Source: a virus (Duplodnaviria; Caudoviricetes). From it: a stretch of DNA of 64,000 nucleotides. The position numbers and the translations under genes are program-made. Below, piece after piece: positions 28,726 through 35,891 of this stretch (positions are counted from its first letter, which is position 1; each line of letters opens with the position of its first letter). The stretch lies in the IMG/VR virus record IMGVR_UViG_2841096034_000001. The stretch is one strand, 5' to 3'. The notes under the pieces are model-generated. The model made no database searches, was not told where the DNA came from, and saw only the letters and a list, made by a program, of their open reading frames with translations.

Positions 28726-29904
28726 ATGGCTAATTTCCGAAAAAGAGGGAGTAAATGGTACTTTCAAATATATACAGGTATAGATCCATCCACTGGGAGA
28801 AAGAAGTTCACATCTAAAGGAGGATTTAAGACTAAAAAGGAAGCTCAGATGGCCGCAGTTGAAGTAGAAAAGGAAGTATTTGAAAACACATATGTTCAAG
28901 AGCAAAATATTACCTTTCAAGAATTTACTTTAGAGTGGATTAAGAATTATCGTGAAACCGCCAAAATTAGTTCTGTTAGAAACCGGCAGCAAAACTTGGA
29001 TCACTTAAACAGATTTTTTGGAAATAAAAAAATAAAAGATATCACGCGTAAACAGTATCAAGCCTTGCTTGCTTCGCTGCATAATGCAGGCTACGCTTTT
29101 AATACTTTGGATGGCATTCATGCAACAGGTAGAATGGTCTTTAGGAAAGCTGTGGAATTTAACATAATTAAGGACAGTCCTTGCGACTTTGCAAAAATTC
29201 CACGCAAAGTGGAAACCGTTGAGGAGGTTGAGAGCAGTAAAGGTGAGATTAAATTTATGGAAAAAGAAGAACTTATTCGTTTTCTTAATGCTGCAAAGGA
29301 AAGTGGCATCGATAAAGACTACCCCATGTTTTTGACACTTGCTTATAGTGGATTACGAGTAGGGGAGCTTATCGCATTAAAATGGTCGGATATAGATATG
29401 GATAAAAAAACCTTAAGAGTAACCAAAACTTATTACAACCCCAACAATAGTACAAAAGAGTATCAATTACTGACTCCCAAAACTAAAGGATCGATCAGAA
29501 CGTTAAAAATGGACGCTGGAGTTATTGAGGTCCTCCAAAAACACAAGGAACACCAGGATTATCTCATTGAAAAGATGAAGAACGAGTATACTCAACTGGA
29601 TTTTGTTTTTGCTAAGGAAGTTCAGAACCTTGGATACCCTGAATTTTTAAAGACCGTAAACACCCATATGAGACGTTTATTAAAAATTAGTGGCATCGAT
29701 AAGGAACTTACCCCTCACTCCTTGCGACACACCCACACCTCTCTATTAATTGAAGCAGGAGTAGGAGTTAAGGAAATTCAGCAACGATTAGGTCATGGAG
29801 ATATAAACACAACCATGAATATATACGCGCACATTACTGAAAACATGGAAGAAAAAGCCTCCCAAAAGTTCAGTGAACTTATGAGAGGCTCATTAGATTT
29901 ATAG
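28726..29904 (+). CDS. int: tyrosine integrase with Arm DNA-binding domain
   Basis: GGFKTKKEA arm domain; SGLRVGEL, HSLRHTH, RLGH, MNIY catalytic motifs. Confidence 0.95.
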   Translation: MANFRKRGSKWYFQIYTGIDPSTGRKKFTSKGGFKTKKEAQMAAVEVEKEVFENTYVQEQNITFQEFTLEWIKNYRETAKISSVRNRQQNLDHLNRFFGNKKIKDITRKQYQALLASLHNAGYAFNTLDGIHATGRMVFRKAVEFNIIKDSPCDFAKIPRKVETVEEVESSKGEIKFMEKEELIRFLNAAKESGIDKDYPMFLTLAYSGLRVGELIALKWSDIDMDKKTLRVTKTYYNPNNSTKEYQLLTPKTKGSIRTLKMDAGVIEVLQKHKEHQDYLIEKMKNEYTQLDFVFAKEVQNLGYPEFLKTVNTHMRRLLKISGIDKELTPHSLRHTHTSLLIEAGVGVKEIQQRLGHGDINTTMNIYAHITENMEEKASQKFSELMRGSLDL

Positions 29905-29919
29905 TGTTTTCCCCGCCAG

Positions 29920-29980
29920 GTATGTCAAAAGTATGTCAATTTGACTTAAGGGGTGAAGCTAAACCCTTGATATCAAGGGT
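29920..29980. repeat. ICE att arm sites: GTATGTCAA direct repeat and 18-bp palindrome
   Basis: GTATGTCAA at 29920 and 29931; ACCCTTGATATCAAGGGT at 29963-29980. Confidence 0.6.
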
Positions 29981-29993
29981 CATGGGGGCATGA

Positions 29994-30011
29994 TTACATC
30001 ATGCCGCCCAT
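29994..30011 (-). repeat. att core: duplicated 3' end of groEL, junction between ICE and prophage
   Basis: ATGGGCGGCATGATGTAA encodes MGGMM*, the GroEL C-terminal signature, with no groEL ORF upstream. Confidence 0.85.
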
Positions 30012-30126
30012 ACTTGAGCGGACTTTCCCTCACTTTTCATCTCCTTGAATTCCCCTAAAAATCAATTTACCACACCCCCGAATTCAGAAAATACATTCAT
30101 ATGTTTTCGGTAAACTTTTTCGATTC

Positions 30127-30158
30127 GTGAGGTTTTCTGTGAGGTTACAAAACCTCAC
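30127..30158. repeat. prophage integrase arm-type sites
   Basis: GTGAGGTT at 30127 and 30139, inverted AACCTCAC at 30151, about 120 bp from the att core. Confidence 0.55.
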
Positions 30159-30254
30159 ACATATAACACAAAAAAATGGTAACCTTGAAATAGTGAGAGA
30201 AGCTCTCCCTTTAATACAAGCTACTACATTTTTTTATGTTATTTAAATCTTATT

Positions 30255-30284
30255 AAAAAAGACCTCTATATTTAGAGGTCTTTT
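30255..30284. terminator. bidirectional terminator
   Basis: AAAAAAGACCTCT-atattt-AGAGGTCTTTT. Confidence 0.7.
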
Positions 30285-30609
30285 ACAATACAGTGCCTAT
30301 CGTTACTAAAGAACCCACCATACCTATAGAATCCTTTATCCATCCCCAATATTTTTTTGCTTTTTCCTTATCATGTTCTCTTAAAGCAACTCTCATTTTT
30401 TCATAATGCCCCAGAACCTCTTCTTGTTCTTTTTCATTATTGGTATGCTCTATTATTTCATCCTTTAAATTATTTAATGTTTCTTCGGATACACCATGGG
30501 CATATTCGAAGTGCTGATCTATTTCCTTAGCTTCTACTTCACTTTCATCACCCTGATTCACACCTGCTAAGTTACCTGTATTATTTAAATTTCTGCTATT
30601 ATCATGCAC
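30283..30609 (-). CDS. moron protein, or C-terminal part of a frameshift fusion with 30735-31136
   Basis: Frame is open upstream to the A10 tract at 30761-30770; N/G-rich motif, helices, hydrophobic C-terminus. Confidence 0.6.
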   Translation of the reverse strand: MHDNSRNLNNTGNLAGVNQGDESEVEAKEIDQHFEYAHGVSEETLNNLKDEIIEHTNNEKEQEEVLGHYEKMRVALREHDKEKAKKYWGWIKDSIGMVGSLVTIGTVL

Positions 30610-30734
30610 CTTATAGTCACCCTCAATATAGTTAATTGTTAAACCTACTCCTAATTCTTTTAGGTGCTGGAGAGCACCGCTATCCTTTGAAAAGGCAGCA
30701 AGTGACGGTGGATCGTCTATTGAACTCTTTTCTT

Positions 30735-31136
30735 TTAGAGAGCTTTTAGCAGACTTGGGCTTTTTTTTTTAGATTCTCTAATATCTTGTCTATAGTGTCC
30801 ACTTATAGAAAACACTGGAAATATTATATTTTCATTAATCAATATTTCCCTTTCACATTCGCATTCAACATATTGACCGATAAATTGGTCAATATCATCA
30901 GTTCTTAAGATAAGGGAATTACATTCGTAGTCATCACAACGAATTTCCCATTCGAGTTTCAAGCGTCCATCTAATGTTAACTTTAGGAGATATTCAAAAA
31001 CTGTGTTTAAAGGAAGATCAGTAGCTTTGCTGACAATTGTTGGATAAAACCTTTTGACACGGGAATACGCTATTTCTTCAATAACATTTTCAATTTTACG
31101 TTTATCCTGATAATGTAACTCTGCCACCACCTCCAC
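30735..31136 (-). CDS. wHTH + zinc-ribbon protein (moron)
   Basis: FYPTIVSKATDLPLNTVFEYL wHTH; CDDYEC...CECE; ends in KKK encoded by A10. Confidence 0.7.
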   Translation of the reverse strand: MEVVAELHYQDKRKIENVIEEIAYSRVKRFYPTIVSKATDLPLNTVFEYLLKLTLDGRLKLEWEIRCDDYECNSLILRTDDIDQFIGQYVECECEREILINENIIFPVFSISGHYRQDIRESKKKSPSLLKAL

Positions 31137-31139
31137 CTC

Positions 31140-32228
31140 CTAGTTAAACGTGGACAATATTACCTTGCTACGGACTTCCTCTATTACTTCTTCTGTAGTT
31201 TTATTCGACTTGAAGTATACTGACTTAGGTCTCACTCCGATGTTAATCGAAAACTCTTGCCATACATTATTTACTTCGACTTGAAACTTAATATATCCTC
31301 CTGAAGTTTGCAGGTAAGGTCCGAGAAGATTGTAAAAGGGGGTATGACGCAAATCCTTCTCATTCACCTTCAAACCCACATCACCCATTCCAGCGAGTAT
31401 AATTGCAATAAATGGCGAAGTCAATAGTTCATCACCTAAAATGGATTTTGCTTCTTCTAACTTTTGCTGCAGTGTATCAATATCATCGTATTCATAATAT
31501 TCATCTATTGCCCCGAGAATATTTACTATCGTTTCATTTTCCTTCTCATTAAAAGTATCAATAAAAGTTTCAGGAAAAGCTTTTGATTCAGTAAACCTTC
31601 CATTGTGCAGCTGGTCAGCAATATCTTCAATCTTAGAACCATATGGTGCCAAAAAATTATATTTGTCCAAAGTAATTTGTTGATTAACATAGGAGGCAAC
31701 TAAACCAGCTATTTTTAAAGCGTCATCAGGTTTATCACGGACCTCAACCAAATTTTTCGTTTCATTAATATAGACTGTAGCCGTTTTTGTCGTAGGCAAA
31801 ACTTCTATGTCCTCACCAATTATCCGCCTTGTGCCATCTTGATAAATGAAACGAAGGTAATAGGAATCTTCATCAATCTCTGCTGCGCTCCTAAGTTTAG
31901 GATTTATAAGTTCCTCTTCCTTATAAGGAATTTTTTCATTGAAAGGATTGTTTCTCTCACGTTCTATGATACCTTTTTTCAATCCCTCTAGGGAGTCGCA
32001 AGTAAACCATGAAACCGAGGTGTTCCCTGCAAAAACTTTATTATAATGATTAAATAAAAAATCATGTTTCTCTCCAGAACTTTTTCTTTTCAAGTCACTC
32101 CATATATCCTTTGCTAGGTTGAAGGCTCTATCATTTGTATCAATACTCATGGCTGTAGCTATTTCTTGTAAGTGCTTTTTTGGCAACTTTACAATATCGG
32201 CAAATGTAACGACATCAGCGATCCGCAT
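31140..32228 (-). CDS. 362-aa hypothetical moron protein; candidate defence component
   Basis: Long ORF with GGGGGAG RBS, 3 bp from the Zn-ribbon gene, at the prophage end. Confidence 0.7.
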   Translation of the reverse strand: MRIADVVTFADIVKLPKKHLQEIATAMSIDTNDRAFNLAKDIWSDLKRKSSGEKHDFLFNHYNKVFAGNTSVSWFTCDSLEGLKKGIIERERNNPFNEKIPYKEEELINPKLRSAAEIDEDSYYLRFIYQDGTRRIIGEDIEVLPTTKTATVYINETKNLVEVRDKPDDALKIAGLVASYVNQQITLDKYNFLAPYGSKIEDIADQLHNGRFTESKAFPETFIDTFNEKENETIVNILGAIDEYYEYDDIDTLQQKLEEAKSILGDELLTSPFIAIILAGMGDVGLKVNEKDLRHTPFYNLLGPYLQTSGGYIKFQVEVNNVWQEFSINIGVRPKSVYFKSNKTTEEVIEEVRSKVILSTFN

Positions 32229-32432
32229 CCCAACTCCCCCTATATATATCCAATGCTTCCAGACTAATACATATAAACATTTATGTAAATTTTTTCATAA
32301 GTTCCATCCAAATACAACAACAGTCCTGTGGAATTATTAAGCGGTTTTTACTGTTAGAGCGTAAAACAGACTCGACAAAGCTTTTTACTTTTATGCATCT
32401 ATACTTCATGCAGTAATTGGAGAAGTATAGAA

Positions 32433-32774
32433 TTAAATTATGTGGACATCCATAATATCGTCTACTTGGAATGAAGTATGAAGTTTATCCTGCAGCCCAA
32501 TGCATTTTATTTTTCTATTCTGTGGATCCAAGTGCACCACTTTCACTTTTTCATCAGAGTAATCAAACCCATTATGAAATCGGATCTCTACTGGCAAGTT
32601 ATCTGTCAACGCTCTCTGGAGTTTGAAACCTATCTCTTCCCATTGCTGCTCATCCAGAATCGGCTTCTCAATACGCTCATCCTCTTTCCAGACTTGCTTG
32701 ATCATTTCCACATGCTCCGGCAACATTAAGGATGTCCATTTGAGCGTACCTCGATCACGGTTGCGGTTATCCAT
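32433..32774 (-). CDS. yolD: YolD-like protein
   Basis: RDRGTLKWTSLMLPEH...KPILDEQQWEEI signature. Confidence 0.85.
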   Translation of the reverse strand: MDNRNRDRGTLKWTSLMLPEHVEMIKQVWKEDERIEKPILDEQQWEEIGFKLQRALTDNLPVEIRFHNGFDYSDEKVKVVHLDPQNRKIKCIGLQDKLHTSFQVDDIMDVHII

Positions 32775-32991
32775 TGACTACACCTTTCCTTTCTTTGTAA
32801 GGGTACACAGAAAGAATTCCGTTTTTACTGAACGAACGTACCTGATTCCGGTTGTAACAATAAGCGAGAATATGATTTTCACGGACTTCTACAACGCGGA
32901 TCTTCCGTTGAGTCATGTTTCCTTTTCCATCTACATAGATCATCTCCAGAATCTTCTTGGTATCAGCAGCACGATTCAATACTCCTATCAT
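32767..32991 (-). CDS. small WYL-like protein
   Basis: MIYVDGKGNMTQRKIRV...AYCYNRNQVRSF. Confidence 0.7.
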   Translation of the reverse strand: MIGVLNRAADTKKILEMIYVDGKGNMTQRKIRVVEVRENHILAYCYNRNQVRSFSKNGILSVYPYKERKGVVNG

Positions 32992-33012
32992 TTATCATCA
33001 CTCCCTTTTATG

Positions 33013-33026
33013 CGAACGTTTGTTCT
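33013..33026 (-). promoter_or_regulatory. LexA (Cheo/SOS) box upstream of the WYL-yolD operon
   Basis: AGAACAAACGTTCG on the minus strand. Confidence 0.8.
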
Positions 33027-33085
33027 GTTAATATATATGTTATCACAACATCATTAGAAGTAAACTGGAAAATGGAGGAGTTAAC

Positions 33086-33298
33086 ATGCAGACCTTTAAG
33101 GATTTGGAGCTGGCGATTTTCCAAAATGATCATGCTCAAAAAATAAAAATGAATGAATTATGGTTGGAACAACAGATGATGATACACCCTGTGCTTGATA
33201 TGAGTGGGGACCCTGTGATTTTATCCATGAACTTTATGGGAATACCTGTGGAGTTTAGTGAGGATATAGAGGATTTTGAGTTAGTAGTTGATACATAA
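33086..33298 (+). CDS. hypothetical protein (70 aa)
   Basis: GGAGGAG RBS; divergent from the yolD operon. Confidence 0.55.
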   Translation: MQTFKDLELAIFQNDHAQKIKMNELWLEQQMMIHPVLDMSGDPVILSMNFMGIPVEFSEDIEDFELVVDT

Positions 33299-33429
33299 AA
33301 AAGGCTCCAGAAATAATCTGGAGCCCTACCACCTATACCTATTCCGTGCATGTCTCTTACGTCTTTTTCTCTATTTAGATGGCGATACAATTATAACATT
33401 AGTTGTAATTATATGGTGGATGTGTTTTA

Positions 33430-34515
33430 TTATTCAATTTCAATTTCTTTTCCCATAGCATACTCCACTCCTCTTACTACAAGTGCTGCAGCTTCTGCTC
33501 GAGTAATTGTTTGGTTAGGATCAAACATCCCGTTACCAACTCCTACAGATATACCAGCTGCTTTAGCTTTTGTGATTTCTTTCTGTAAGAGTGAATCCTT
33601 TTCTACGTCCTTAAATCCTGTCTCTTTCAAATTTTTCTCCATTTGCTTTTCATCCTCCTCCGCAGCAGTGTATTTGTCCATAGCTGCGTTTATGTGTTTT
33701 TGAGTGTTAGGTCCAAAAATTCCGTCCTCTTTAATCCCTTGCTCCTTCTGAAATGATTTCACGGCATCCTCGGTAGCTGGTCCATAAGATCCATCAAGCT
33801 CACCTTTATAATGACCCAGCTCTTTCAAATCACGTTGAGCCTCCAATACTTTAGCGCCAGTATCGCCACGTTTTAGCCAGTTTTTCTCCGTAACATTGGC
33901 ACCTTTCCAGGCGATATTAAAGTAATCGCAAATGCCTTGGCCATGTTCAGCAGCAGTTTCTATTTGATATGATTCTTTAATCATCAACAAAGCTTCGCGC
34001 CGGTCGTCCATAAAACCGTTTTCCGTCAATACGGCAGGCATGTTCGTTTCGCGCAACTCATGAAAATTATTCTCTTTATAACCCCGCCAGTCCTGTTTCG
34101 TTCCTTGCTTAAGATACTTTGCAATGCTGCGGGCCAGGTCCCCGCTCATATATTTCATATTTCCTAAATATACATGGGTGCTGATCCCGTCGGCTCTTGA
34201 GTAATCAAAATCAAAACTCATAGCGTTAAAATGAATGGATACGTAAATATCCGCGTTGTGACGGTTAGCTGCGTTGGTTCTGTCTCTTAGCGAGGTGTCC
34301 TGGTCGGTAGGTGCGACTAACAAAACCCTAAATCCATGTGCTAAAAGTATCTCAGACAAGAAAGCTACCGTTTTCCTGTTGAATTCATTCTCTCGAATGG
34401 ATCGGCCAAGCTCTGGAATGTAGGGCGTGCGTTTACCAGGGGTGCCTATACCATGCCCGTCACTCAATGCTACGGTTTTACCATTCCATATTTCTGGATA
34501 TAACATTTTAGCCAT
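33430..34515 (-). CDS. endolysin: N-acetylmuramoyl-L-alanine amidase (Amidase_3) + PG-binding domain + SLH domain
   Basis: DGHG, E..FN, SIHFNA, PAVLTENGF; DGSYGPATEDAVKSFQ; FKDV...FDPNQTITRAEAAA. Confidence 0.9.
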   Translation of the reverse strand: MAKMLYPEIWNGKTVALSDGHGIGTPGKRTPYIPELGRSIRENEFNRKTVAFLSEILLAHGFRVLLVAPTDQDTSLRDRTNAANRHNADIYVSIHFNAMSFDFDYSRADGISTHVYLGNMKYMSGDLARSIAKYLKQGTKQDWRGYKENNFHELRETNMPAVLTENGFMDDRREALLMIKESYQIETAAEHGQGICDYFNIAWKGANVTEKNWLKRGDTGAKVLEAQRDLKELGHYKGELDGSYGPATEDAVKSFQKEQGIKEDGIFGPNTQKHINAAMDKYTAAEEDEKQMEKNLKETGFKDVEKDSLLQKEITKAKAAGISVGVGNGMFDPNQTITRAEAAALVVRGVEYAMGKEIEIE

Positions 34516-34761
34516 TTACTTCAGCCCCTTTTTTTGAAGTTCCCTTTTCTGCTTCTTGGCTTTCTTACTGACGTAAGTGTTTTTCCAAACCGAATAAACC
34601 CCCACCACTAACATCCCAAAAGCGATAATGACCGTCACAAATGCACTAATACTAGCTTCCGTAAGCCACTCATATCTGATATTAAGAGTGGCCAAAAATG
34701 CCATGACAGCTGTCAAAAAACCACCTACAAGTGTTGCTACATCTTTGATTTGCTCTTTCAT
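34516..34761 (-). CDS. holin (SPP1/XhlB-like)
   Basis: Two TMs, WKNTYVSKKAKKQK..L..KGLK C-terminus. Confidence 0.85.
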   Translation of the reverse strand: MKEQIKDVATLVGGFLTAVMAFLATLNIRYEWLTEASISAFVTVIIAFGMLVVGVYSVWKNTYVSKKAKKQKRELQKKGLK

Positions 34762-34763
34762 TT

Positions 34764-35108
34764 TTAGCCTCCTATACTAATAAACCGAGATAAAAAACCC
34801 ATCACTGCAATAACCACCGCCACCCAAGCGGGAAGGTTTCGCTGCCAATTGTCTTTCTGTTTGATGATTCGTTCTACATCGTCTCTGTCAGCCTTTTTCT
34901 CCATCTTTTCGTCCCATTCTTTAATGTCTTTTTTATTCTGCTTGGAGACTCTATCAGCTTCATTAGCTACTACTTGTGTTTCTTCTACTTTCCTTTTCAT
35001 ATCCAGCACGTTGTCCAACTTTTGGTTTTGTTGAGCAAGCGACACTTTTACATCCATGAGAATAGTCATGAATTTCTCCATGTCCTCCACTTCCTTTTGC
35101 TCTGACAT
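34764..35108 (-). CDS. XhlA-like lysis accessory protein
   Basis: Coiled coil plus C-terminal TM; start MSEQKEV. Confidence 0.6.
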   Translation of the reverse strand: MSEQKEVEDMEKFMTILMDVKVSLAQQNQKLDNVLDMKRKVEETQVVANEADRVSKQNKKDIKEWDEKMEKKADRDDVERIIKQKDNWQRNLPAWVAVVIAVMGFLSRFISIGG

Positions 35109-35201
35109 GCTCGACCCCCTCAATGCAACCTTTAAATTCGAAGAGGTATAGCACCTCTCCCTTGGCAAATAAAAAGTGGCTCACCTTATTGGCGGGCCAC
35201 T

Positions 35202-35330
35202 TTATTGTTTATTTCTTACCTTTTTTATTCCCTTTGGCATATTTCCCTTTATGACCGTTCCGTTGGTTCGCTTGCTTGGTTTTGGATTGACCTTGCTTAC
35301 CCATGAGCTCACCCCCTTCATTTTTTCCAT
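35202..35330 (-). CDS. small basic peptide (42 aa)
   Basis: GGAGGTG RBS upstream, terminator hairpin downstream (35171-35203). Confidence 0.35.
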   Translation of the reverse strand: MEKMKGVSSWVSKVNPKPSKRTNGTVIKGNMPKGIKKVRNKQ

Positions 35331-35352
35331 AAAAAATACACCTCCATGAGTG

Positions 35353-35490
35353 TTATGCGATTGCGTATTCTTCTCCAGTAATATCCTGGTACTGCTCCTC
35401 TGTAAGCCACTCATACTCAACAAAATCGCCTACATCCGACTTGTCGTACAAACCCATCTGGTAATAAGTCCTAATTGCATTGAAATACAT
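35353..35490 (-). CDS. xkdX: XkdX family protein (not in ORF track)
   Basis: MYFNAIRTYYQMGLYDKSDVGDFVEYEWLTEEQYQDITGEEYAIA, AGGAGGG RBS. Confidence 0.85.
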   Translation of the reverse strand: MYFNAIRTYYQMGLYDKSDVGDFVEYEWLTEEQYQDITGEEYAIA

Positions 35491-35505
35491 AAAGTCCCTC
35501 CTATA

Positions 35506-35874
35506 TTAATTAATTCCATTGCGAGCAAGCTTTAAAAGCAAATCGGAGTTTAGTGCTTTTGCATCTTTTAGCTGCTGGCCTTGTTCAGCCATAGTCTTCA
35601 GATGCATTGCATTCATTTGAAGTACTCCTTGCACATCCATCTCCAACTTTTCTTTGTCCGCTTTCAGCTGTTCGAATTCCTTTAACTGAATCGCTGGGCG
35701 ATCAGGTAAAAACTTTTCTGTTGACCAGGTTTTTGTTGTAGGATCATACTGCTTCCAGACGTATTCTGAATCCATGCTTTCGATTTCTACGGCGTTAGGA
35801 TCGTTCATAGCATCCCTTGTCATTTTCACGCCCGTACAGATATTGTCCCCGTTTAATTCTGCATAGAATTTCAT
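35506..35874 (-). CDS. tail fibre accessory/chaperone protein
   Basis: FYAELNGDNICTGV motif plus coiled coil; between fibre and xkdX. Confidence 0.6.
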   Translation of the reverse strand: MKFYAELNGDNICTGVKMTRDAMNDPNAVEIESMDSEYVWKQYDPTTKTWSTEKFLPDRPAIQLKEFEQLKADKEKLEMDVQGVLQMNAMHLKTMAEQGQQLKDAKALNSDLLLKLARNGIN

Positions 35875-35891
35875 GCTATCCCTCCTTTATT

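Larger units (their letters stand above)
1..30011. mobile_element. Integrative conjugative element (ICEBs1-like int/immA/immR control, pLS20-like conjugation operon, MOB-L relaxase); left end outside window
   Basis: Tyrosine integrase next to a groEL-3' att copy; ImmA/ImmR; VirD4, VirB4, VirB1, VirB6 and VirB2-like genes and relaxase co-oriented on the minus strand. Confidence 0.9.
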
